64,000 nt of DNA from Macrostomum lignano. Its lineage: Eukaryota. The stretch covers positions 124,001 to 188,000 of the forward strand of contig NIVC01001180.1 in the NCBI GenBank assembly GCA_002269645.1. Reading direction: 5' to 3'. A program made the position numbers and the translations under genes. Positions within the stretch are counted from its first letter, which is position 1, and each line of letters starts with the position of its first letter. The notes beneath the pieces were generated by a model that had not been told where the DNA came from, ran no database searches, and saw only the letters and a program-made list of their open reading frames with translations. Shown piece after piece: positions 11,201-22,900 of the stretch.

Positions 11201-14200
11201 TTGATAAACTGACAATCGATAAACCAATCAGCTGATTGATAAACTGACAATCATGAAACCAATCAGCTGATTGATAAACTGACAGTCGATAAACCAATCA
11301 GACATGTCTCTAATCACCTGATCCCGCAGCCGGCCCGCATCGGCGCCGGTCAGCGCCAGCTCATTTTCGCTTTCGGCCAGCCGACGCCGCATCGAGCCGG
11401 CATCAGCGCTGAGCATTCGCAGGTCCTGCTCGCACTTGTCCTTGGCGGCTAGCAGGCGCTGCTGATCGGCCAGCAGGTCGGAATACTGAGCCTGCAGTTG
11501 AACATACTGACGCGAGTCTTCGGCCATGTTTTTAGTCTCATTTTCTAGCGCCTCCTGCAGATGCTTGAAGCTTTCGGCCTCTTTAGTTAGCCGGTCGATC
11601 TCGGCTAAACGGGTTCGCAATTCCGCTTTGCGCTGCTTCAGCTCAGCCTGCAGCTGTTTGCGCTCGTAGATTCGGTCTCGTACTCCCGGCTTAACTGTTC
11701 GTGCAGCTGACGCAATTGTTCGTAATCGGCCAGCAGCTTGGCGTAGTCTTTGTCCAGCTTGTGCAGCCGCGACTGCAGGTCGGACAGGGCCGCTTGGAGC
11801 CTGGGAAAAATGTGTGGGGAATCAGAGCGAATCAGACAGAATCTCGAAGAAAGTTGTCTCTAACCAATTGGGAAGAATCTCGAAGACATCTCCTTCCAGC
11901 CAATCAGAGAGAATCTCGAAGACATCTCCTTCCAGCCAATCAGAGAGAATCTTGAAGACATCCCCTTCCAGCCAATCAGAGAGAATCTTGAAGACATCCC
12001 CTTCCAGCCAATCAGAGAGAATCTTGAAGACATCCCCTTCCAGCCAATCAGAGAGAATCTTGAAGACCAACCAATCAGTAAACCTCCAAGCAACTACTCT
12101 GTTTCCAGTATATTACAAAAGTGCAAAACAAACCTTTTAACCTCGGTCTCAAGCGCGGCATTGCTAGACTGCAGCGTGGCCACTTGTACATTAGCCGAGG
12201 CCAGCTGGGATTGAGCTTCCACCAGCTGATCTTGAGCAGCCGACAGTCGCTCCTCAGCAACGCTGGCTCGTTCTCTCAGCTGAGCATTGGTGGATTCGAG
12301 CGTGTCCCGCTCCTTCTCCAGAGCGGCATTTTGCCGTTCAACACGAACTAGATGATCCTTGATCTCCAGGAAGTCGCTAACTGATCCGCGTTCAAGCGAC
12401 TGTCGCTTAGATTTATTATCCTTGTCCAGCCGGTCTTTGCAAGCCAACAGTTCCGCTTGTAGAGCCGCGTTCCGACTCTCCAGAGTGGTCACCCGCTGGT
12501 CGGTGACGCTGGTATCTATGGCAACCGATTGTCGCTTCTCTGTATTGAGACTCTGGCAGCGAATCTTCTCTTGAATAAGCTGGTCGCGCAAGCTGGCAAC
12601 TGTGCTGCGCTCCAGATTTAGGTTGCTTAGCAACTCTAGACGCTCTTTTTCTAATTCCTGCACGTCCTGAGCGGTGGCTCTGTTGTCGGCTTGAACTGTC
12701 TGTTTAGTAGTGAAGCATTCGGGCACACGAATTGCGATTCAAGTGGATTCTGAGTGCTGTTTTTGAGTCACTAGCCAACTGTCCATTGAGTCCTTAGCCC
12801 CGTCTATTGAGTCCTTAGCCCCACCGTCTATTGAGTCCTTAGCCCCACTGTCCTTATTGAGTCCTTAGTCCCACTGTCTTTATTGAGTCCTTAGCCCCAC
12901 TGTCTATTGAGTCCTTAGTCCCACTGTCTATTGAGTCCTTAGTCCCACTGTCTATTGAGTCCTTAGCCCCACTGTCTTTATTGAGTCCTTAGCCCCATCG
13001 TCTATTGAGTCCTTAGCCCCACTGTCCTTATTGAGTCCTTAGCCCACTGTCCTTATTGAGTCCTTAGCCCCACCGTCTATTGAGTCCTTAGTCCCACTGT
13101 CTATTGAGTCCTTAGCCTCTAAACCATTAGTTCCACAGCCTTTGAGTACTAACAGAAGCCCCATTATCGATCGAATCCTTAGTCGCACTGTCTCGCATTG
13201 AAAACATACAAAATTGGAAAATGGCACAGGATAATCCGGCAATGAAACGCAGCCTCAACGCGCACCTGCAATTCCGTGAGCTCCTCTCTTAGCGAATTCG
13301 CCTCCGTCTGCAGCTGGCTCTTATCGGCTTCGGCCGCATCCAAAGCTCGCTTTAAACGTTTCGCCTCCTTTTCAATTTCGCGCTTGGAGTCGCCAGCCTT
13401 GGCGAGGGCTTTCCGAGCTGTCTCCAGATCGCGGCTGGCCGACGACCAGCGAACCTGCTCGGATTTTAGGCGCTCGTTGGAGCTCTCGAGATCGTCTAGT
13501 TGCTGCTGAAGTCCGGACACCTGAACAGCAGGTAGGTGTACAATTATGCAGGTAGGTTAGTTGAGGGTCATTAAATGGGAATTCAATCTGGGGAATTTAA
13601 TACGATATAATTTCATGTATCACACCTGTTGTTTATTTATGGATCGATGATTTATCTATTCTATAAGAATCAAAGGTCATCTTATGAATCATACCGAACG
13701 CGTATTATTGCTCCGATTTCTAGGAAACTAAGATTTTCTAAGAATAGGTCGACTTATGATTCATTTCCAACGCGTTTTTCGTTCTGATAATTTATAAAAC
13801 ATTTAAAAAGCGTTTCTAGGAATCTAAGATTTTTCTAAGAAATAGAAGTTAATTTATGAGTTATTTAACACGCATTTTTCCTGATTTCTAGAAATATAAG
13901 ACATAGTAAGAATAGGTCAATTTCTGAAGCATTTTAAACGTGTCTTTGTTACAATTTTTAGGAAACTAAGATTTTCTAAGAATAGGTCGACTTATGATTC
14001 ATTTCCAATGCGTTTTTCGTTCTGAGATTTGAAATCTGAGATTTGACAAAACTTGAATGCTATTTTATAAAACATTTCAAATGCGTTTCTAGGAATCTAA
14101 GATTTTTTCTAAGAAATAGAAGCTGATTTATGAGTCATTTAACACGCATTTTTCCTGATTTCTAAGAATCTAAGACATAGTAAGAATAGAAGGTCAATTT

Positions 14201-17200
14201 CTGAAGCATTTTAAACGTGTTTTTGTTACGATTTCTAGGAATCTAAGAATTACTAAGATTGAAGGCCTATTTATAAATAAGTTCAAACGAGTTTTCGCTT
14301 CCATTTCTAGGAATCTCTGATTTCTCTAAGAATTGAAGGTCAATTTAGAAACAGTTTCTTTTTATCATCTCAGGTAAGGCAGTTTCTGTTTTCTTTCTAA
14401 GAATTTTCTAAGAAATAGAAGCTAAACCAAGCCTGATAATATTAAGAGTTAACTTCATCAACCTTGGTCTCCAGCCGCCGATTATCGGACATAATCCGCT
14501 GGATCTCCTGTATATCCATCTCATTTTTGCCGATCGCGCTCTGCCTGACGTGCTCTAATTCTTTCTCTAGCCGGCGACACCGATCTCGCAGGGAGTCGGC
14601 TTCGCTCTCCAGTTCGGCTCGGCCGCTCTCGACCTCCTGCAGGCGTCGGCGAAGTGCCAGCTTGTCCGATTCGGCCTTCTGTAGGCGGCTGTGCGCGTCG
14701 GCATTCAGACTGTCTGACAGAGTCTCCTCCAACAGGGCGGAGCTCTGCACATTGCGAGCTAGCCGGAGCTCCTCTTCGAGGCTCTGCGTATCGTTCAGTA
14801 CCAGCTTGGACTCGCTCTCTAGAAAGCTGTTGTCTTCCGTTAGTTCAACTATGCGAGATCTGGCCGCTTCCAGAGATGCTTCTAAATCTTCTTTCTCTTG
14901 GCGGCAGCGGTTTAGTTCGGCTTGCAGGGACTTGGTCTGATTGATATGGGGGCAACAGTGGGGAAAGGATTATTTACAATTGGGATTATATACATTAGCA
15001 AAAATTCCCTCGCTTACAGCAAGCATACATAACTGATCACATCCGTAAACTAAGTAATTAATTCACTTTCTATCCGTGCGTCCGAAAGATTCCCCGTGAA
15101 TTTTGGACTGTCTGAGAGATTCCCCATTAATTCTGGACTGTCTGAGAGATTCCCCATTAATTCTTAACTGCCTGAGAGATTCCCCATGAATTCTGGACTG
15201 TCTGGGAGACTGCCTCCATAATCGTCCTGAGCTTGCCATCGGCAATAAAAGTAAAAGTAAAATAGCCAACCAAGACAAACCTTTCCAGCGTCCGCCCCGC
15301 TCCGCTCAAGCAGATCCTCCAGTTCAGCGGCCCGCCGATGCAGTCCGTCATTCTCGTTCCGCAGCTCCTCGGCCCGATTGCGATAGGCCTCCAGCTGTTT
15401 GGTTCGATCGCGCAGTCGGCTGATTTCGTCTTCAAGGCGGGAGCACTTGGCCGTGCGCTCCTGTGAGGTTTCGGAATCAAAATTGTGAAGTAGGAAGACA
15501 AGTAGATCCCTTGTACTCTCGAGCACGCACACTCTCAGATAGGGTGTACAGCGGCGGGCGGGATTTTCCCATCATGCGGGGTGGGGGAATTCTAGTGGGG
15601 GTGGGGAATTTTAGTGGGGGATGGGGAATTCTAGTGGGGGATGGGGAATTCTAGTGGGGGATGGGAAATTCTAGTGGGGGATGGGGAATTCCAGAGGGAG
15701 GTGGGGAATTCTAGTAGGGGATTTGGGGATTCTAGAGGGGGATGGGGGGATTGTAGTCCCAATCTTTCTAGAGGCAGGGGCTGCGTGCACCCTGGCGTAC
15801 TTTAAGCGACATTGTCGCACAACCGGCGGGAGGCATTATTGCCCATTCCGCCGACTCCCCTGAGCAGGATCGATCCCCTGTGCGGATACGTAGGCAGTCT
15901 TACGCACAGGCACACACTCACACAGGAGTGTACAGCGACCCTAACTTTATTTATCATTAGGCATGTACACCTCACTGTGCCTTGGGGGTTTGGCCATCAA
16001 GAAGACTCAAACCAAGATTCCAATTTAGCCAAAAATTAATGTGACTGCACTTGGAATCGAGCCTGGGCCGCTGGCACATCAGAGCGCCGCGCTTGACCAC
16101 TGGACTACGGCATCCCCCAGTTTCATAATTATTTAGAGTGCTTTTTAAAGAATTTCCGCAGCTTTTGGTAGCACTGAATCTGTATAGTGTCCGGAGTAAC
16201 GATACGTAAATTCGACACAAAAACTCTAGGTAAACAGCGGGAGCAACTATACGTGTACTGCAACATAAAAACAAACTCGTCATCTTATAAGTCATAGGAT
16301 TTTATACCTTGAGTATGTCGATCTCGTCCTGCAACTGTCTGGACATGCGCGCCTCCCCAAGCAGCTGCAGATTCTCCTCCTTCAATTTGGCGGCCAATTG
16401 GCGCTGCTCGACCAATTCGGCCTCGGCGTCGGTCAGGCATTCCGCTTTCTCGTCGCATTCGGCTCGCAATCGGCGAAGCTTAGCTTTCAAATCGGCCACT
16501 TCAACCACCAGGTGACTGCCGGCCGCCGCCGCCGTAGCCGTAGCCGCGCCTGACGCCTCGGCCAGCGGGCTGGCCGGCGGTTGGCCGGCGCTGGCCAGCT
16601 GAGCTTCCAGGAGGCGTGTCCGGGCCAGAGCTTCGTGCAGCCGTTCGAGCAGCTCGGCCTGTTCGTGCAGTCGACGATCGCGCTGCTCGGACAGGAGGCC
16701 GACAGTCAGCCGGAGCTGACGGGATTCGTCATCAATCGGCTGCGTTGGCGGCTCCTTCGACACCAGGTAGAAACCGTCGGGCATAACGGTGCGGATTAGT
16801 TCGACGAATTGGGCCAGGTCGTCCTCGTCGAATGCGGCCTGTGCGAAAAATTAACACCGAGTGATAGAAAAAGGACCTGGGGAGGATTGCAGCAGCCAAT
16901 TAAAGGACCTGGGGAGGATTGCAGCGGCCAATTAAAGGACCTGGGAAGGATTGCAGCGGCCAATTAAAGGACCTGGGAAGGATTGCAGCGGCCAATTAAA
17001 GGACCTGGGGAGGATTGCAGCGGCCAATTAAAGGACCTGGGAAGGATTGCAGCGGCCAATTAAAGGACCTGGGAAGGATTGCAGCGGCCAATTAAAGGAC
17101 CTGGGAAGGATTGCAGCGGCCAATTAAAGGACCTGGGGAGGATTGCAGCGGCCAATTAAAGGACCTGGGGAGGATTGCAGCGGCCAATTAAAGGACCTGG

Positions 17201-19144
17201 GAAGGATTGCAGCGGCCAATTAAAGGACCTGGGAAGGATTGCAGCGGCCAATTAAAGGACCTGGGGAGGATTGCAGCGGCCTAACAAAGGACCTGGGGAG
17301 GATTGCAGCCGCCTAACAAAGGACCTGGGAAGGATTGCAGCGGCCCACCAGGCACCAAAGGACACTGAGGAGGATTGCAGCCGCCTAACAAACAACCTGG
17401 GGAGAATTGCAGCGGTATAACAAAAAGCCCTATAATATTAACAGCCCACCAAAGAACCTTGCCTGGGCCTCAACAAGATCGAAAGTCCCCATTAGTGCTC
17501 ACCTGCAGCGATTCTACCAGGCGAGCCTTGTAGGCGTCAGACTGAGCTGCTACGCCAAGTAAAGCCAGCAGACAGGCCTGCAGCTCGTCTGCATCCTCTG
17601 TGTCCCCACCGCCGCTGAGCCGCACTCCGCCGCAGTACCGACTGGCCAACAGTCGGACATAATTGGCCGGGGCCAGAACCAGCCAGCTCTGCAATTCCTG
17701 CTCGTAGAAGCCGGCCAGTCGATCGTGAAGGCTGCGCCAATTGCGCAAACAGTCGCGCAGCGTGGCGGGCTCCTCTACAACCGCCACTGCCGACGGATCC
17801 GATGGTGGGCGCGGGTCGATCTCCCTAGTGGGGAGAAGGAAAATTTGGGATTGAGGATTTGAAATCGATATTTAGAATCCTGATTCCGGAAATATAAGTC
17901 CCGAATCTGTGCACTCAAGTCCCGAATCTGTACACTAAAGTCTAGAATCTGTACACTCAAATCCCGAATCTCTACACTCAAGTCCCGAATATGTGCACTC
18001 AAGTCCCGAATCTGTACACTAAAGTCTAGAATCTGTACACTAAAGTCTAGAATCTGTACACTCAAATCCCGAATCTGTACACTCAAGTCCTGAATCTGTA
18101 CACTCAAGTCCCGAATCTGTACACTAAAGTCTAGAATCTGTACACTCAAATCCCGAATCTCTACACTCAAGTCCCGAATATGTGCACTCAAGTCCCGAAT
18201 CTGTACACTAAAGTCTAGAATCTGTACACTAAAGTCTAGAATCTGTACACTCAAATCCCGAATCTTACACTCAAGTCCCGAATCTGTACACTCAAGTCCC
18301 GAATCTGTACACTAAAGTCTAGAATCTGTACACTCAAGTCCCGAATTTCTACACTCAAGTCATGAATATGTACACTTAAGACCCGAATCTGTACACTTAA
18401 GTCCCGAATCTGTACACTCAAATCCCAAATCTCTACACTCAAGTCCCGAATATGTGCACTCAAGTCCCGAATCTGTACACTAAAGTCTAGAATCTGTACA
18501 CTCAAATCCCGAATCTCTACACTCAAGTCCCGAATCTGTACACTCAAGTCCCGAATCTGTACACTAAAGTCTAGAATCTGTACACTCAAGTCTAGAATCT
18601 GTACACTTAAGTCCCGAATCTCTACACTCAAGTCATGAATATGTACACTTAAGACCCGAATCTGTACACTTAAGTCCCGAATCTATACACTCAAATTCCA
18701 AATCTGTACACTCAAATCCCAAATCTGTACACTCAAATCCCAAATCTGTACACTTAAGTCCCGGTTCCGTACACTCAAGTCCGTATTCCGTACACTAACG
18801 CCCCGATTCTGCTCACTCAAATTCCGTTTCTGGACAACTAAGCCTTGATGTTCAAATCTGGTAAACCGAGTCCCGGTTTAAGAAAAATTAAAACTGACTC
18901 TTTTAAAGCAGCAAGGAACGTGAAAATCCTAAAATTCCTAATAGATTACGCAGCCAGCACACCTGTAGACGGCATTAAGGAATGCGCCGTTAATCAGCCA
19001 ATCGATATTAATCACGCCTGGCTGATAAGCAACCCCAGAGAAGCCGTGAATCCATCGGAGCACTAGCTCCAGGCTCTTCTGCTCCTGCTGCCGCTTCTCC
19101 TGTTGTTGCTGCTGCTGCTGGGGCTGCACAGGGCGGACACTCAT
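8298..19144 (-). CDS. CCDC88: CCDC88 family (Girdin/Daple, Hook-related) coiled-coil protein, ~1520 aa; one -1 frameshift near 11670
   Basis: Exons (minus) 19144-18963, 17824-17503, 16838-16308, 15460-15281, 14936-14463, 13520-13266, 12699-12134, 11800-11318, 10631-9949, 9613-9421, 8996-8298; phases match with 1 nt restored. Hook-domain motifs LVLRWIHGF..LINGAFLNAVYREIDP and LLALLGVAAQ; family motifs HLVVEVADLKAKLRRL, IKDHLVRVERQNAAL, LQRQKERLEDKIMDQYK; C-terminus SLWLDHGCL resembles Daple WYEYGCV. Confidence 0.94.
9140..9375. repeat. Mixed (CTGT)n/(CTTAGTGT)n simple repeat
   Basis: Direct; CCDC88 intron 9420-8997. Confidence 0.9.
10655..11300. repeat. 35-bp intronic minisatellite containing palindrome CAATCAGCTGATTG
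   Basis: Unit ATAAACCAATCAGCTGATTGATAAACTGACAGTCG; CCDC88 intron 11317-10632. Confidence 0.96.
11825..12075. repeat. 36-bp intronic minisatellite CCAATCAGAGAGAATCTTGAAGACATCCCCTTCCAG
   Basis: Direct; CCDC88 intron 12133-11801. Confidence 0.94.
12780..13115. repeat. 24-27-bp intronic minisatellite TATTGAGTCCTTAGCCCCACTGTC
   Basis: Direct; CCDC88 intron 13265-12700. Confidence 0.94.
13717..14420. repeat. Degenerate ~60-bp satellite with ~240-bp higher-order duplication
   Basis: Recurrent TTTCTAGGAATCTAAGATTTTCTAAGAATA; block from ~13717 is repeated from ~13958. Confidence 0.8.
15085..15205. repeat. 30-bp intronic tandem repeat CTGAGAGATTCCCCATTAATTCTGGACTGT
   Basis: Direct, about four copies. 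Confidence 0.88.
15580..15750. repeat. 20-bp G-rich intronic tandem repeat GGGGATGGGGAATTCTAGTG
   Basis: Direct; shares ATGGGGAATT core with the array at 581-1030. Confidence 0.9.
16870..17410. repeat. 32-bp intronic minisatellite AAAGGACCTGGGAAGGATTGCAGCGGCCAATT
   Basis: Direct; CCDC88 intron 17502-16839. Confidence 0.96.
17885..18810. repeat. 20/21-bp intronic minisatellite CCCGAATCTGTACACTCAAGT
   Basis: Direct; CCDC88 intron 18962-17825. Confidence 0.96.
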
Positions 19145-21499
19145 TGTCTGATTGGCATTCACTGCGACCCAGCTGGAACCAGTATAAAATACCAGGTCTT
19201 CAAGCTAGTGTGTAACGTTATTAAATAAAGATTAGTTAGCTCAAAATAAAAGCAATAAAACAAAACTATTATTTCTTGAATTGAGCTTCATAACTTTTTT
19301 GAAGATTCTACCAAGAACTATAGCATCAGCTGCTAGTAGGTAAAGTAATTTGATAAATCTTAAATGATGTACAATAGAAACCATTTGTATCATCACTATT
19401 AAAATGATCAAGCTATTAGAAAGTAGAAAAGAAATTTCAGTTAAAAAAAATAGTTTTAGAAATTTAGTTTTAGTTTTAAAAATTAGTTTTTTGCAGCAAA
19501 GAATAAAAGGAATTTTAGAGATTATATATTTAAAAATAGTCCTAATATAAATACATATAAATATACAGGATATATATATTAATAGTTTTATATGAATGAG
19601 ATTTCCACTACAACCAAAATATTCCTATTGAGGCGGAAGGCCTTTTAGTTTCAATAGATGGAATGGCAGAGAAGAGTTTTGTGCTGCATTGCGTGTATAT
19701 TTATATGTACACAGACTGCACGAGATTGAGGGGCCTAGGGAGGTGCGAAAAGGTGGAGTGGTGTGATAGGCTACGCCGACCCCCCCCCCCCCCGGCTTAG
19801 CGAGCCGGCTAGCATGGCGCGCACCCACCCCACCTGAGCTAGACAGAGGTTTGGGGGCGTTTCCAGTGCGGCTGCACTGGTGCTGCCAGTCGCGCACAGT
19901 CTGGCCGCCACACTATATTCATATTTATAACTATATCATTTTTTTCTATAGCCTATTTATACCTTATATCTATAGCAAAGAATTGTTTATAACTTCCATT
20001 TATTTTAACAATATTAAATCAAATGGCAATAGTTCCTTTATCACTCACTATAATATTTAAAGAAAGTAAAGAATGACAGCAATAGTTGACCATCACCAAT
20101 TAAAAGTGTTGCATTTATTATCTATTTTAAGAATAGCTAGGACTATTAATCCTAACTTTAGCACCCACTATTACCCCAACCACACAATATATATATATAT
20201 ATATATTGTGTCTAAAAAATCTTTTTATATCTAAAAAATATCTTGTTTGAGTACCCAACATTTAGGCCTACCAAAGAGCTCCTTATGCATTGAAAGTAAA
20301 AACATTCATCTTAACTTTGACCCCTACCATCTCAAAACATACCATTAAAATTTTATTTGAGTCTTTTACCCTAGACTTAACAGTCCTCTTACAAAAGCTT
20401 TAAAACTAGCAAAGTTCATTTAATTCTATTGCTTTGAAATCAAATATTCAATAAAAGTCTTCTAAACCTCACTTGCTAAATTGTCAATATTACTAGATAT
20501 AAGAACTAGATATAAGATATATATTCCAATTGCTTAGCTGCTTCTTACCTCTAGCCCATTTGCCTTTCAGTGACTTATGTTGCTAGGGGTTAGCAAAATG
20601 GGTGGCAATGCCTCCTTGCTATTTCTGGATGCACAGAGCCCCCTGCAGCTAAGTCAATTCCCATTAATATATCTATACCTATATGTTGTCTAGAATCATT
20701 TATATTTGCAGTTTCTTATAAATATATCCAAAGCTCAGTGTGGCCATGCAAAATTCAATATTAATTTCTATATCAAATTAAAAAAACCTTCAGGTAGCAA
20801 CCTAGGAACTCATTAATGAAGTTTATATATGTAACAATGTTTCTTATTTTCTTGTTTTCTACTATAAGCCATATACTTTACATAGTAAAAAGTGGGTAAA
20901 ATAGTCTTACTTCTAGTTTCACACTATATGGATCACACATGATGAATGATAATTCTAGGTTTCCTTTTCAATATTGGTTTCTTTCTAGGTTTTTTAATCT
21001 ATTTTGGGGGGTTTTCTAGGTTTATTGCATTTCCAGGTTTTTAAAAGATTTTCTAGGTTATAAACACTAATTGCTAATTGCTAATAGCTATAGCAAAACT
21101 TTAATATGATTAGAAAAATATAGAACTTTTGAAATATAACTACTATTTATTAATTTTCTAATATATTTTAACAATTAGAAAATAAAAAACTGAGTTATTC
21201 AGCCATTCTAATCATATACTAATTTAGTAATTTTTTACATATTATTACTTGATTCTTGATAATTTTTTGCATATTAGAACCTAGGTAGCCTAGGTTATAA
21301 ATTTTTAGACAATAAACTTGAATACTTGGTATTAGAATATTGATTATTGGTTTATAATAAAAATTTTTCTAATTACTTAACACTCTGGATCATATAGTAT
21401 ATGCCAAAAAATTTGGGTGTATATTGGCCTTGCACACCAAAAATAAGCATGCACAGTTGGCGTGCATCACTCCTAAGAAAATATTATGTAAGCATACCT

Positions 21500-22900
21500 T
21501 GTATATACTTCATAGAATCACGTGGAAAAGTTATTGTGAAGTTGAAAAAATATGAAAAAGGTTCATTTTTAAACATACTTTTCAAGCTTTCAGGGTTTTT
21601 CAAGCTCGCAATAAAGCCTTTAAACAAATCTGCATGTACAGATTTTTCCACTATTGTGACAGGCGGGTTGCCACAAAACTTTAGTACATCTAATAATAAT
21701 AATTTTTTTTCAATTTAAGTTGACGCCCAATTCCCGGAATTTTTTCTATTTTTTTTTCCAACGGTTGTGTCTCCTTTTCTTTTCCCGACATTGTTTTGTT
21801 TTTTCCTATTGTTGTCTCTCTGGTTTGCCCCGCCATTGGAATGTTTTTCCTTTTGTTGGTATTTTGCAATTTTGCTACCTTATGCGTTGTGATTAATTTG
21901 TCCATCAGGATGCCCACGGGCTTGCCCCACCCTGTAGTCCAGTCATCCGTCCCAACCACCACCCTGGGATTGAATTTAATATCTTTCCTATTTAAAGTTT
22001 TGGTTCTGCCGCGATGATTTTTCAGCTTGTGTTGCTTTGGTTGTTTGTTTGTATTTCTCTTACTTTGACCTCACCTGAGGTTTTAGTTTTCCTTTCTTCT
22101 GTTGCACGTGACTAGTTAATTTTACTTTATTCAGTGCACTGTCTTGGCATCCATTGTTGCTGGCCCTTTTTCTCGTTTGCAACCTAATAATTTCAATGCC
22201 TGCTAGTAAAAATGTTTTATTAAATTACAATTAATAAACAAATAACACCCACAATTAAATATCAATTACTATTTATCTGTTGACATAGCTATAGCTTATC
22301 TTGAGTCATTTGCCTGTAGGGCATAAAATTACCAAAGGTCTCAACTCAAAGAAAGCTCTGAGACTTCATCTTTTATGTAATACATAAATTACGGTGGTGG
22401 CAGCAACTACCCTACTAAAAGTTACAAGTTCAACACATCAATGCATTAATTCATGGAGTCAAGTATCCGGTGTTATTTATAACTGAATGACCATGCTGCT
22501 CTGGAACACTCTATTACGATTGCAATTACCTTCCCCCCGGACTTGAGAACCTGGCTGACAGAGTAAAAGGAGAAAAAAATTGTTGAGATTCACCTGCGCA
22601 GCTTTTCTGGCTTTATTCGTGTGAACTCAATGTCAGCGGCTATTTAAACGAGGAATCTGCCCCACCTCACTGGTGTCAGCAAATTTTCAAAAGCAACCGT
22701 TCCAAGAAAATTCTTCTCCACCCCCACCTCACTATCAATAGTATTATCAAAAGCAAAAAAATTAACAAAATTATTTGCCAAAAAGGGTCCATTACATAAC
22801 TCAAAAAGGTCATTTATTGTTGCAACACTGGTATAGTTTTGAGAATAGGCATGCACTCAATTTTATTTTGGGGTGTATTTGTAATTATTCAATTTTTGTT
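21500..22900 (-). pseudogene. Decayed multi-exon coding sequence of unknown identity (contains HhH-like KIPGIG)
   Basis: Protein-like frames broken by stops; a clean 40-nt GT-AG intron (gtgaat...tctgtcag, ~22593-22554) joins KPEKLRS|QVLKSGGKVIAIVIECS in frame; open segment 22070-21690 ends IEKIPGIGRQLKLKK. Confidence 0.3.

Noticed and set aside
17775-18631. SVQIRDL leucine-rich-looking ORFs
   Set aside because: 21-bp intronic array; the CCDC88 exons splice around it in phase.
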